A stretch of DNA of 64,000 bases, from positions 17,998 through 81,997 of the forward strand of contig JBPPMZ010000069.1 of the NCBI GenBank assembly GCA_051306295.1, given 5' to 3'. Positions 35,094-44,561 of the stretch are shown one piece after another. The DNA is from Candidatus Limnocylindrales bacterium. GTDB lineage: Bacteria; Chloroflexota; Limnocylindria; Limnocylindrales; CSP1-4. Position numbers and translations under genes: made by a program. Under the pieces are notes generated by a model, which saw only the letters and a program-made list of their open reading frames with translations, searched no databases and had not been told where the DNA came from. Position 1 is the stretch's first letter. Each line of letters begins with the position of its first letter.

Positions 35094-36338
35094 TCACGGT
35101 TCGAATGTCGCTGACTCGACCATCGGCCCGATCCGTCGCAACCACGCATCGAATGTCGCGGTCGGTGCCTGGACGGAGATCGCGACGGTCATCCCGTCGA
35201 CCTCGACGATGTCCATCTGCTCGGTCGTGCCGCCGCTCGACATCCCACCCTGGCGAGCCCCGCCTGCGACCTCACCGATCATGGTCCCCGCGTCGATCCA
35301 GTAGGCGACCATCCCCGATCGACACGAGGTGGCCGCCGCGAGGTCGATGTCGAAGGTCAGACGCACGGCGGGCCGACCATCGATGGTCGTGGACGACCGC
35401 TCCCGGACGTGGATCTGCGGTACGGCCGCCAGGAAGTCCGCAAGGTCGCCGGGCGTTCCGTCGAACGGGGTCACCGACTTGGTGATGTCACAGGGATCGA
35501 CATAGACCGTCTCGACGACCGACACCAGCACGATCTGGTTGGTCCCCGGGAGCGTTGCCACGTAGGTCGACCATGGCGGCTCCGAGGTCCCTTCGAGTGC
35601 TACGCCCTGGGGAACGGTCATCGCGACGATGCGAGGCGCGGCCTCCGCGCGATACGTGGATCCGGCGCGCATGATGCCGTTCCAGCGACGCGTCCAGGCA
35701 CGCGGGGCAAGCGCGGCTCGCCGTTCCGAGCAGTCGTCGGCGACCGGCGAGAGTCGCAGGACGTCGCCGCCATCGATGCGCCAGTGGTAGCTCGCCGCCT
35801 GGCCCGCACATGCCGCCCCGAGCGGGGCAGGGATGTCCAGCTCGTCGCCGCTCACCGTCACGGGTCGCAGCCACAGGGCATAGGTATCGGTGGGGTCCCC
35901 GTCGACCGCCGGCCGGCTGACCAGCGCCCACTCGCCGAGCGACAGTTCCCACGTTCCGCCAGGGAGACCGGTCGCCGGATCGGACGTCGTCCAGGTGCCA
36001 TCGAGGAGTGCCGCGTCCTGGGCGGCCACGCTGGGCGTCGGGGGGGCCGTGGGCACGGTCGTGTCGCGGCCTGTCACTGCCGGATCGACCACGACGCGCC
36101 ACCCGACGATCGCAAGGAGGGCGAAGGCGGCGAGGACGACGCCGCCGGTGGAGCGACGTCGCGACGCCGGGGCATCGATGATCCGGGGCGCCCGCCAGGG
36201 CCACCACCGAGGCAAGCGGCGGCGCTGACGGCGTCTGGCGACCGCCTCCCTGATGTGGGCGCGGGCCTCGGGCGATAGGCCCGCTGGGCCGTCCTCGAAC
36301 CAGGCGGCCAGGCGCGGATCCAGGTCGTCGTCGATCAT
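35094..36338 (-). CDS. Putative anti-sigma factor (cytoplasmic N-domain, one TM, large extracytoplasmic domain)
   Basis: ATGA-coupled downstream of the ECF sigma gene. Confidence 0.5.
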   Translation of the reverse strand: MIDDDLDPRLAAWFEDGPAGLSPEARAHIREAVARRRQRRRLPRWWPWRAPRIIDAPASRRRSTGGVVLAAFALLAIVGWRVVVDPAVTGRDTTVPTAPPTPSVAAQDAALLDGTWTTSDPATGLPGGTWELSLGEWALVSRPAVDGDPTDTYALWLRPVTVSGDELDIPAPLGAACAGQAASYHWRIDGGDVLRLSPVADDCSERRAALAPRAWTRRWNGIMRAGSTYRAEAAPRIVAMTVPQGVALEGTSEPPWSTYVATLPGTNQIVLVSVVETVYVDPCDITKSVTPFDGTPGDLADFLAAVPQIHVRERSSTTIDGRPAVRLTFDIDLAAATSCRSGMVAYWIDAGTMIGEVAGGARQGGMSSGGTTEQMDIVEVDGMTVAISVQAPTATFDAWLRRIGPMVESATFEP

Positions 36339-36931
36339 GCCGGGCGCTCCACTGTGGGTGCGAGGCGGTCGTCAGCCTCCAGCGCGGCGCGGATCTCGGC
36401 GGTCGCCCGGTGGAGGCGCGACTTCACGGTGCCTTCCGGGATGGCCAGTTCGGCGGCGATCCCCTCGACGGACAGGTCGACGAAGTAGCGATACGCCAGG
36501 ATCACGCGTAGATCCGGTGACAGTCTACGGAAGGCCCGGTCGATGGCGTCTCGTTCCGCGATCATCGACGAGGCATCCTCCTCGTCGGTCGAGGCAAGGA
36601 GGCGGACCCGCGGGGCGGCCGACCGGCGATCCCTGCGCAGCTCTCCGTAGCAGACATTGGCGAGGATCTGGCGGACCCAGGGCTCGAACCTCGCTGGATC
36701 GCGAAGTCTGGGAAGCTCCTCCCATGCAGCGATGAGGGCGCGCTGCAGCGCTTCCTCGGCTCGATCGTGGTCGCGCAGGACGCGATAGGCCAGGCCCAGC
36801 AGCCGATCGCCCACCGCGGACACGATCTGGTCGAACGCCGCGTGATCACCCGTCTGCGCACGTTCGACCAGCCGGTGATCCATCAGATCCTCTTCGGTCG
36901 AGATCGACGAGCCATAGGCGAATGCCACCAT
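36335..36931 (-). CDS. ECF (sigma-70 family) RNA polymerase sigma factor. Start may be the internal Met at 36883.
   Basis: Region 2 and region 4 motifs (AFDQIV ... LSVEGIAAELAIPEGTVKSRLHRA). Confidence 0.85.
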   Translation of the reverse strand: MVAFAYGSSISTEEDLMDHRLVERAQTGDHAAFDQIVSAVGDRLLGLAYRVLRDHDRAEEALQRALIAAWEELPRLRDPARFEPWVRQILANVCYGELRRDRRSAAPRVRLLASTDEEDASSMIAERDAIDRAFRRLSPDLRVILAYRYFVDLSVEGIAAELAIPEGTVKSRLHRATAEIRAALEADDRLAPTVERPA

Positions 36932-37034
36932 CTTGCAGATACGGTGTCGCGGTGGCGCAAAACGTTCGCTCTTCGCAGCAGCCGCCGACCGTGGGCGCTG
37001 GCACGCATCGGCGCGGACCGGTCATCATGACGAC

Positions 37035-37796
37035 ATGACCGACCTTCGAACGCGCATCCGCGCCGGCGAGACCCTCATCGGATCGTTCGCCGATCTCGCT
37101 TCGCCGCTGGCCGCGGAGCTCCTGGGCCAGGCCGGCTTCGATTGGACCGTCCTCGACCTGGAGCATGGCGAATCGACGGAAGCTGACCTCCTGGCGATGC
37201 TGTATGCCGTCGGAACGACGCCTATGACGGCCGTCGTCCGTGTGCCGTCCGCCGAGCGGCTGCGGGTCGGGCGCGCCCTGGATCTGGGCGCCGCCGGGAT
37301 CATGTTGCCGCAGCTCCAATCCATCGAAGGTGTTCGCGAGGCCGTGTCGTACCTGCGCTACCCACCAGTCGGCCAGCGCGGGGTGGCGTTGCGGACCCGA
37401 GGCGGCGGGATGGGTTCGCTGGGGCATCCTGACGTGGCCCGGGTCGTCAACGAGCGCATCGTGGGTATCGTCCAGATCGAATCGGCCGGGACGGTCGCCG
37501 ATGCTGACGCCATCGCGGCGCTCGACGAAGTGGACGTGCTTTTCGTGGGGCCGGCGGACCTTTCGCACAACCTTGGCGTCCCCGGCCGGTTCGACGACCC
37601 GACGTACCTCGCGGCGCTACGGACCGTGCTCGACGCGTGCTCGAACCATGGCAAGGCGGCCGGCATCCTCATCTACGACGCGGCCGTGCTGGCCCGCCAC
37701 CTCGATCTCGGGTTCCGGTTCATCGGTCTCGGCTCGGAGGGCTCGTACGTGAGTGCCGGGGCGCGGGCCATGCTGGCGGCGGCTGGCCGCACCTGA
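37035..37796 (+). CDS. HpcH/HpaI aldolase / citrate lyase beta-like
   Basis: PF03328-like TIM barrel motifs (LDLEHG, VVRVP, QIES). Confidence 0.8.
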   Translation: MTDLRTRIRAGETLIGSFADLASPLAAELLGQAGFDWTVLDLEHGESTEADLLAMLYAVGTTPMTAVVRVPSAERLRVGRALDLGAAGIMLPQLQSIEGVREAVSYLRYPPVGQRGVALRTRGGGMGSLGHPDVARVVNERIVGIVQIESAGTVADADAIAALDEVDVLFVGPADLSHNLGVPGRFDDPTYLAALRTVLDACSNHGKAAGILIYDAAVLARHLDLGFRFIGLGSEGSYVSAGARAMLAAAGRT

Positions 37797-37822
37797 TCAG
37801 GAGTCGCGGCCGCCGCCCGCCT

Positions 37823-37945
37823 GCGTTCCTCTGAGTACCGGAATCGCGACGAACCCTTCGTGGATCGCCGACCAAACGACACGATCCTTTCGATCCTGCG
37901 TCGCACCGTGCACGTTCATACGGATCTCGGTACTCACCGGAACGT
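37823..37945. repeat. X-family element copy 2 (123 bp, TIRs GCGTTCCTCTGAGTACCGG ... CCGGTACTCACCGGAACG)
   Basis: Near-identical to copy 3. Distinct flanks on both sides. Confidence 0.7.
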
Positions 37946-38121
37946 GGCGGGTCACCACTAGGCCGCCGATCGCCGGGCGGCGTCCGCGTAGTCGGCATAA
38001 CGGGCCGGCGACCGGCGCCCATCGAGCCGGCTCCGGATGAGCCACTCACGACCGCGGCTCGATGGGTCGATCAACGCCATCCCGCGACCCGCCGCCGGCG
38101 AAATCCCACCCGGCATCAGCG

Positions 38122-38757
38122 TCAGGCCATCTCGCGTGCCCGAACCGGAAAGGCAGTGTTCAAGTACGGCCGGTTGGCCCACAGCACTCGCTCGACCTCG
38201 TCACTGGCCAAGACGAGCAGCCAGGTCTGGACTCGCCGTGGCTCCCAGCCGAGCTCTCGTGCGCGGTCCCAGGCCGCCCGCTCATACCAGCCGAGTTGGC
38301 GCTCCACGGCGCCGAGATCATCGAGCCGCGTCTTGACCTCGATTACAAGAAGCGTCCGGGTCCTGGGGTCGAAGGCCAGCAGGTCGATCCAACCGTGCGA
38401 CCGACCGTGGACGATCTCGATCTCGCGCGCCGCGTCCCACCCCTGGCTGCGCAATCGACGCTCGACATAGGCCGAACATCGAGCGTGGACGGCATCGCGC
38501 ACCCGCGGCCCGCCGATGATGGTCGGGCGGCGGATCGCCAGGTCGACCTCGAGACCGAGGGCCTGGGCGATCGCTTCTACGCGACGTATCGATGGATTCG
38601 CATCGCCGCGCTCGACCCTGGCGATATAGCTCCGGGTGACCCCCGCCCGATCGGCGACGGCCTGCTGCGTCAGGTCCAACGCCAGGCGCGTGTCGAGGCA
38701 GGCCCGGGCGAATGTCGTCCGGACCGGCTGCCGTGCGGGGCCGGTACTCGATGTCAT
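38122..38757 (-). CDS. XRE-family HTH domain fused to a PD-(D/E)xK nuclease-fold domain
   Basis: From ATG at 38757: HTH TQQAVADRAGVTRSYIARVERG. C-terminal core GWIDLLAFD ... LLVIEVK (Asp, then Glu-x-Lys). The 288-aa track ORF over-extends into the repeat. Confidence 0.6.
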   Translation of the reverse strand: MTSSTGPARQPVRTTFARACLDTRLALDLTQQAVADRAGVTRSYIARVERGDANPSIRRVEAIAQALGLEVDLAIRRPTIIGGPRVRDAVHARCSAYVERRLRSQGWDAAREIEIVHGRSHGWIDLLAFDPRTRTLLVIEVKTRLDDLGAVERQLGWYERAAWDRARELGWEPRRVQTWLLVLASDEVERVLWANRPYLNTAFPVRAREMA

Positions 38758-38837
38758 GCGGACATTGGAGCAGAGGGCCCTTACCCCGGACTTACCCGGG
38801 GCTCTTCCGGCCCGTCGCCGTTCCACCGCGCGCCCGG

Positions 38838-38958
38838 TGTGCCCCTGAGTACCGGAATCGCGACGAACCCTTCGTGGATCGCCGACCAAACGACACGATC
38901 CTGCCGATCCTGCGTCGCACCGTGCACGTTCATACGGATCTCGGTACTCACCGGAACG
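38838..38958. repeat. X-family element copy 3 (about 121 bp), direct orientation relative to copy 2
   Basis: Differs from copy 2 by about 3 substitutions internally. 5' outer TIR partly degenerate (GTGCCCCT vs GCGTTCCT). Confidence 0.7.
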
Positions 38959-39023
38959 TTGGCCACCCTGACCATCGGGAGCCCCCACGTCACCGAGCGC
39001 GACGACGGACTACACTTCGCGAC

Positions 39024-39524
39024 GTGACCGACCTCACCGAACGTGCGGTCGCCCGTCGCGTCCCATCGCTGACCGACGAGCGCCTCCGTGTCCTCAGCCG
39101 TCGCCAGCCTGTGACCGTCCCATCGGGCACGACGCTGGCCGACTGCGTTCGCGCCATCCAGCGGTCCGGCACCGGCGATTCCGTGTTCGTGTGCGACCCG
39201 GAGGACCGCCTCCTGGGCGTCCTCACAGAACGTGACATCTTCAGCCGCATCGTCGGTGGGACCGTGGACCTGACCCAGCCGGTCGAGAACTTGATGACGA
39301 CCGAGCCGCGCACCCTGGACCTCGACCAGACGATCCGCGACGCCATCGAGCTCATGCAGACCGGCCGATATCGCAACGTCCCCGTCGTCGACGAGCATGG
39401 CCACCTTGCCGGGGTCGTGCGCCAATCCGACATCATCAGGTACCTGGCCGAGTCGTTCCCCGAAGAGCTGCTCAACCTCCCACCGAGGCCACACCAGCGC
39501 ATGAAGGAGCCAGAAGGGGCGTGA
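39024..39524 (+). CDS. CBS-pair domain protein
   Basis: GTG start. Two CBS motifs. GTGA-coupled to korA. Confidence 0.7.
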   Translation: MTDLTERAVARRVPSLTDERLRVLSRRQPVTVPSGTTLADCVRAIQRSGTGDSVFVCDPEDRLLGVLTERDIFSRIVGGTVDLTQPVENLMTTEPRTLDLDQTIRDAIELMQTGRYRNVPVVDEHGHLAGVVRQSDIIRYLAESFPEELLNLPPRPHQRMKEPEGA

Positions 39525-41383
39525 CCATCACCTCGGAGCCGCCCGTCGACATCCAGGAGCTCGAGCGCGTCACCATCCGCTTCGCCGGCGATTCGGGCGA
39601 CGGGATGCAGCTGACCGGGACCCAGTTCACGAGGACCGCCGCGGTCTTCGGCAACGACATCAGTACCCTCCCGGACTTCCCGGCGGAGATCCGCGCCCCG
39701 GCCGGCTCCCTGCCAGGGGTGAGCGGCTTCCAGATCAGCTTCAGCTCGACCGACATCCACACCCCCGGCGACGAGCCCGATGTCCTGGTCGCGATGAACC
39801 CGGCGGCCCTCAAGACGAACATCGGCGACCTGCCGGCAGGTGGCGCGCTCATCGTCAACAGCGACGCCTTCACCCAGGCCAACCTGAACAAGGCGGCCTA
39901 CACCTCGAACCCGCTGACCGACGGCTCGCTCAAGTCGTTCACGACCTTCGAGATCCCGATCTCGACGCTCAACGAGCGTTCGCTCGACGGCCTCGACATG
40001 ACGAGCAAGCAGAAGGACCTGACCAAGAACTTCTTCGCCCTCGGGATCATGTTCTGGCTGTACGAGCGGAGCATGCAGCCGACCGTCGAATGGATCGATG
40101 CCAAGTTCGGCGCGCGACCGGTCGTCGCCGAGGCCAACAAGCGCGCGCTCCGAGCCGGCTATGCGTTCGGCGAGACGACCGAGCTGTTCCACACCCACTA
40201 TCGCGTCAAGCCGGCGCGCCTGGATCCGGGCACCTATCGGAACATCACCGGCAACGAGGCCACGGCCCTGGGGTTCCTGGCGGCCAGCAAGCTCGCCGAT
40301 CGCCCGCTCTTCTACGGCTCCTACCCGATCACGCCGGCCAGCGACATCCTTCACCAGCTGTCGGGCTACAAGACGTTCGGGGTCAAGACCTTCCAGGCCG
40401 AGGACGAGATCGCGGCCATCGGCGCGGCCATCGGGGCGAGTTACGGTGGTGCGCTTGGCCTGACCGCCAGTTCCGGGCCGGGCATCGCCCTCAAGACCGA
40501 GGCCATGGGCCTCGCGGTCATGGTCGAGCTGCCGCTGGTCGTCGTCAACGTCCAGCGCGCCGGCCCATCGACCGGCATGCCGACCAAGAACGAGCAGGCC
40601 GACCTGCTCCAAGTGATGTTCGGGCGCAACTCGGACTCGCCGCTGCCCGTCGTCGCTCCTGCGACGCCCGGCGAGTGCTTCGACCTGGCCATCGAGGCCG
40701 CTCGTCTCGCGCTCAAGTACATGACCCCGGTCGTGTACCTGTCCGATGCGTTCCTGGCCACCGGATCGGAGCCGTGGAAGGTGCCCTCGGTCGCGAATCT
40801 GCCGCGTATCGACGTCCCGAATGCGACGAAGGGCGACGGCCCGTTCTGGCCGTACCTGCGCGACCCGGTCACCCTCGCTCGACCCTGGGCCGTCCCGGGC
40901 ACGGCGGGCCTGGAGCACCGCATCGGCGGCCTCGAGAAGGCGGACGTGACCGGCAACGTCAGCTACGACCCGGACAACCACCACAGGATGCAGCTCCTCC
41001 GCCAGGCCAAGGTGGCCGGGATCGCCAACGACATCCCGCCGCTGGAGGTCCACGGCCCGGCCGTCGGCGATCTGCTCGTCCTGGGCTGGGGTTCCACGTA
41101 CGGCGCCCTTCGGTCCGCGGTCGAGCGCCTGCAGGCCCAGGGCCAGAGCGTCGCCCACGCCCACCTGCGCCACCTCAATCCCTTCCCGGCGAACACCGAG
41201 GACGTCCTGCGCAGCTATCGCCGCGTGCTCATCCCGGAGGTCAACCTGGGCCAGCTGCTGATGCTTGTCCGGGCGAAGTACCTGATCGATGCCGTCGGCT
41301 ACGACCGCGTCCGCGGCAAGCCGTTCCGCATCGCCGAGATCGTCTCGGAGATGGAGCGCCTCCTGGCGGAGACCGTGTCATGA
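39521..41383 (+). CDS. korA: 2-oxoglutarate/2-oxoacid:ferredoxin oxidoreductase, fused alpha/gamma subunit
   Basis: 620 aa, OFOR alpha family (compare mycobacterial KorA). Confidence 0.9.
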   Translation: MTITSEPPVDIQELERVTIRFAGDSGDGMQLTGTQFTRTAAVFGNDISTLPDFPAEIRAPAGSLPGVSGFQISFSSTDIHTPGDEPDVLVAMNPAALKTNIGDLPAGGALIVNSDAFTQANLNKAAYTSNPLTDGSLKSFTTFEIPISTLNERSLDGLDMTSKQKDLTKNFFALGIMFWLYERSMQPTVEWIDAKFGARPVVAEANKRALRAGYAFGETTELFHTHYRVKPARLDPGTYRNITGNEATALGFLAASKLADRPLFYGSYPITPASDILHQLSGYKTFGVKTFQAEDEIAAIGAAIGASYGGALGLTASSGPGIALKTEAMGLAVMVELPLVVVNVQRAGPSTGMPTKNEQADLLQVMFGRNSDSPLPVVAPATPGECFDLAIEAARLALKYMTPVVYLSDAFLATGSEPWKVPSVANLPRIDVPNATKGDGPFWPYLRDPVTLARPWAVPGTAGLEHRIGGLEKADVTGNVSYDPDNHHRMQLLRQAKVAGIANDIPPLEVHGPAVGDLLVLGWGSTYGALRSAVERLQAQGQSVAHAHLRHLNPFPANTEDVLRSYRRVLIPEVNLGQLLMLVRAKYLIDAVGYDRVRGKPFRIAEIVSEMERLLAETVS

Positions 41384-42462
41384 CCAGCGACCACAACGGC
41401 CACGACCACGACCAGACGCTCGTCCAGCCGCCGCTCTCGCCCGAGAACCAGCAGGTCATCGCCCTGACCCGCAAGGACTTCGTGTCCGACCAGGAGGTCC
41501 GCTGGTGCCCGGGCTGCGGCGACTACTCGATCCTGGCCCAGACCCAGAAGGTGATGCCCGACTTCGGCTACAAGAAGGAGGACATCGTCTTCATCAGCGG
41601 CATCGGCTGCTCCGGGCGTCTGCCGTACTACATGAACACCTATGGCTTCCACACCATCCACGGTCGAGCGCCGACGCTGGCCACCGGCCTCAAGGCCGCG
41701 CGACCGGACCTGATGGTCTGGGTCATCACCGGCGATGGCGACGCGCTGTCGATCGGCGGGAACCACGTCATCCACTCGATGCGCCGGAACGTGGACATCA
41801 ACCTCGTGATGTTCAACAACCGCATCTACGGCCTGACCAAGGGCCAGGCCAGCCCGACGTCGGAGTTCGGCAAGCGCACGAAGTCGACCCCGATGGGCTC
41901 GGTCGACACGCCGATCATCCCGCTGACGATCGCCCTCGCCGCCGAGGCGTCCTTCGTGGCGCGCTCGGTCGACACCCACACGGAGCACCTCCAGGGGACG
42001 CTGGAGCGGGCCGGCCGGCACAAGGGCAGCTCGTTCGTCGAGGTCCTCCAGAACTGCAACATCTTCAACGATGGCGCCTGGCGCGACTTCACGGATCGTG
42101 AGTTCCGCGACGACCGGATGTTGTTCCTGGAGCACGGCAAGCCGATGATCTTCGGCAAGGATCGCGACAAGGGCATCCGCCTGCGCGGCCTGCACCCGGA
42201 GGTCGTCACCATCGGGCAGGACGGCGTGACGGAGGCGGACATCCTGGTCCATGACGAGGCCGCCGACGAGCCGTACCTCGCCCTGATGCTGTCGCGCATG
42301 TTCTGGCCGGAGTTCCCGGTGCCCGTCGGCGTCCTGCGCTCGACGGACCGACCGACCCACGACCGCCTCATCGAAGACCAGCTGGCGGCCGCGGTGGCCA
42401 CGTCGGGGCTGGGGGATCTGGACCGCGTGCTGCGCGGCGGCGAGACCTGGACGGTCGAATAG
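41380..42462 (+). CDS. korB: 2-oxoacid:ferredoxin oxidoreductase beta subunit (TPP-binding)
   Basis: CPGCGD motif, GDG TPP-binding motif. ATGA overlap. Confidence 0.9.
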   Translation: MTSDHNGHDHDQTLVQPPLSPENQQVIALTRKDFVSDQEVRWCPGCGDYSILAQTQKVMPDFGYKKEDIVFISGIGCSGRLPYYMNTYGFHTIHGRAPTLATGLKAARPDLMVWVITGDGDALSIGGNHVIHSMRRNVDINLVMFNNRIYGLTKGQASPTSEFGKRTKSTPMGSVDTPIIPLTIALAAEASFVARSVDTHTEHLQGTLERAGRHKGSSFVEVLQNCNIFNDGAWRDFTDREFRDDRMLFLEHGKPMIFGKDRDKGIRLRGLHPEVVTIGQDGVTEADILVHDEAADEPYLALMLSRMFWPEFPVPVGVLRSTDRPTHDRLIEDQLAAAVATSGLGDLDRVLRGGETWTVE

Positions 42463-42514
42463 ACGGACGAACGAGCCGGGACGTCCCGGACGGAATGCAG
42501 AGGAGGCTCCGGCA

Positions 42515-43021
42515 GTGCGCTTGCGTTGTCCGGCCTGTGGCTACGAGAACCTGACCGGGGCAGAAGTCTGCGACAACTGCGGGGGCGACCTCGCGGGTAG
42601 CAACATCCCGGCCCAGGCCCTGGCGTTCCAGGGTCGCCTGCTCGGCGAGCACCTCGACGAACTCGGTGCGGCGGCGCCCATCGCCGTCGAGCCCGATACG
42701 ACGCTCGATGTGGTCATCGCCAGGATGCACGAGTCGGAAACGGACTGCGTCCTGGTGGTCGCCGGCGAGCGCCTGGTCGGCATCTTCACGGACCGGGACG
42801 CCGTCGTGAAGGTGGCCGGGGCGCGCCTCGCCGCCATCCGCGTCCGCGATGTGATGACGCCCGATCCGGTCGTCCTCCGCCACGACGACCCCATCGCCAT
42901 CGCCATCCACAAGATGGCCGTCGGCGGGTTCCGCCATATCCCCATCGTCAAGGATGGTCGGCCCACGGGGGTCGTCACAGCCCGCGACGTCTTCCACCAC
43001 CTCGCCACGACGCTCGATTGA
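42515..43021 (+). CDS. Zinc-ribbon plus CBS-pair domain protein
   Basis: CPACGYENLTGAEVCDNCGG, then two CBS motifs. AGGAGG SD. Confidence 0.7.
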   Translation: MRLRCPACGYENLTGAEVCDNCGGDLAGSNIPAQALAFQGRLLGEHLDELGAAAPIAVEPDTTLDVVIARMHESETDCVLVVAGERLVGIFTDRDAVVKVAGARLAAIRVRDVMTPDPVVLRHDDPIAIAIHKMAVGGFRHIPIVKDGRPTGVVTARDVFHHLATTLD

Positions 43022-43413
43022 GCGGCGCCGCGCGCGTCGTCATCCTGGCCGACGACCTCATCTGGGCCGACCGCCTGGCAAGTGCAGCCCGAACCATGGG
43101 AGCGGAGGTGGTCGCCGTCCGCACCCTGGAGCGCTTCGAGGCGGCGCTGGCCGATCGCCCGTTCGCGATCGTCGACCTGACCGCGCGGGCCTACGACGGG
43201 GTCGTTGCCATCCAGGCCGCCGCGGCGGCAGGTGCCCGATGCCTGGCGGTCGGTCAGCACGACGACCACGCCCTCCGCAAGCGCGCACTGGCTGCCGGTG
43301 CCGAGCGGGTGTACGCCTACCGAGCGCTGTTCGAGGATGGCCCCAGTCGCCTGGGTGCGTGGCTGGCGACCGCGGCATCATCACCGTCTCCCGAGCCGGA
43401 GGGTGGCGCCTGA
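43018..43413 (+). CDS. Receiver (REC)-like single-domain protein
   Basis: VVILADD ... FAIVDLT pattern. TTG start. Weak. Confidence 0.45.
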   Translation: MSGAARVVILADDLIWADRLASAARTMGAEVVAVRTLERFEAALADRPFAIVDLTARAYDGVVAIQAAAAAGARCLAVGQHDDHALRKRALAAGAERVYAYRALFEDGPSRLGAWLATAASSPSPEPEGGA

Positions 43414-44561
43414 TGACCGCCCCGACAGAACGGCCCGTGATCCCCGCCGCCACCTTCGCCCATCGACTATCCCGGGCCGGCCTGGCGGCACAGGATGGCG
43501 GGCTCGACGCCCTGCTCATCGGCGTCGGCTCGGACCTGCGTCACCTGACCGGCTACGAGGCGATGCCCCTGGAGCGCCTGACGATGCTCGTCGTCCGGCC
43601 CGAGGCGGAACCGTTCATCGTCGTCCCACGCCTGGAGCGGGGTGCCGCGGAAGCCGGCCTCCGGACGGCCATCGAGATCCGCACCTGGGACGAGACGGAC
43701 GACCCGTACGCGCTGGGCCTCGCCGGACTCCCGCCGACCGCCGCACTGGCCGTGTCCGACACGATGCTCGCCATGCACCTGCTGCGCCTGCAGGCCGGCA
43801 TCGGTCCGGCCGCACGGTTCGGCCTCGCGTCGACCGTCCTGCGCGACCTGCGCATGGTCAAGGACGCTGACGAGATCGCGCTGCTGCGCCTGGCCGCGCA
43901 GGCCGCCGATCGGGTCGTGGCCAGGATCGCCGCCGGCCGGCTGGTCGGTCGGACGGAGGCGGATGTGGCCCGCGAAGTCCGTGAGCGGCTCATCACCGAG
44001 GGCCACGAGGAGGCCCACTTCGCGATCGTGGCGTCCGGGCCCAACAGCGCGTCGCCGCATCACGAGGCCTCGGAGCGGATCATCCGGGCCGGCGAACCCA
44101 TCGTCCTGGATATCGGCGGCACCCTGTCGGGGTATGGCTCGGACATCACGCGCACGCTGTGGGTGACCGGCGGCGACGCGACCAAAGGCCCGGACGAGGC
44201 GTTCCGGCACCTGTTCAACGTCCTCTACCACGCCCAGGCGACCGGCACCGCCGCGGTGCGGCCTGGGGTTCCCTGCGAGGCGATCGACGCAGCGGCCCGA
44301 ACGCCGATCGACGCCGAGGGCTACGGCGAGGCGTTCTTCCATCGAACCGGCCACGGGATCGGCCTGGAAGGGCACGAGGATCCATACCTGGTGACCGGTA
44401 ACGCCCTCCCGCTGCGGGCTGGGATGGCGTTCAGCGTGGAGCCCGGCATCTACCTGCCGGGCCGCTACGGCGCGCGCATCGAGGACATCGTCGTGTGTGG
44501 CGACGATGGGCCGCTCGTGCTCAACGAGGCGCCCCGCGAGTTGATGGTCGTCGACGGCTGA
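43413..44561 (+). CDS. M24 family Xaa-Pro aminopeptidase/dipeptidase
   Basis: Pita-bread fold metal ligands (D ... D ... HxxGHGIG ... E ... E). Confidence 0.85.
   Translation: MTAPTERPVIPAATFAHRLSRAGLAAQDGGLDALLIGVGSDLRHLTGYEAMPLERLTMLVVRPEAEPFIVVPRLERGAAEAGLRTAIEIRTWDETDDPYALGLAGLPPTAALAVSDTMLAMHLLRLQAGIGPAARFGLASTVLRDLRMVKDADEIALLRLAAQAADRVVARIAAGRLVGRTEADVAREVRERLITEGHEEAHFAIVASGPNSASPHHEASERIIRAGEPIVLDIGGTLSGYGSDITRTLWVTGGDATKGPDEAFRHLFNVLYHAQATGTAAVRPGVPCEAIDAAARTPIDAEGYGEAFFHRTGHGIGLEGHEDPYLVTGNALPLRAGMAFSVEPGIYLPGRYGARIEDIVVCGDDGPLVLNEAPRELMVVDG

Noticed and set aside
37823-38958. Integron attC / cassette interpretation of the 123-bp repeats
   Set aside because: Length resembles chromosomal attC sites, but the ends (GCGTTCC / GGAACG) do not fit the RYYYAAC / GTTRRRY core sites. 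No intI, attI or cassette array is present.
38990-41173. 727-aa minus-strand ORF
   Set aside because: Antisense to korA, which has unmistakable homology. The same applies to 41299-42360 antisense to korB, and 10092-11348 antisense to ctaD.
42473-42486. CCGGGACGTCCCGG perfect palindrome after korB
   Set aside because: Short, with no loop and no U-tract. It is within the typical range of chance GC-rich palindromes, so not called as a terminator or operator.
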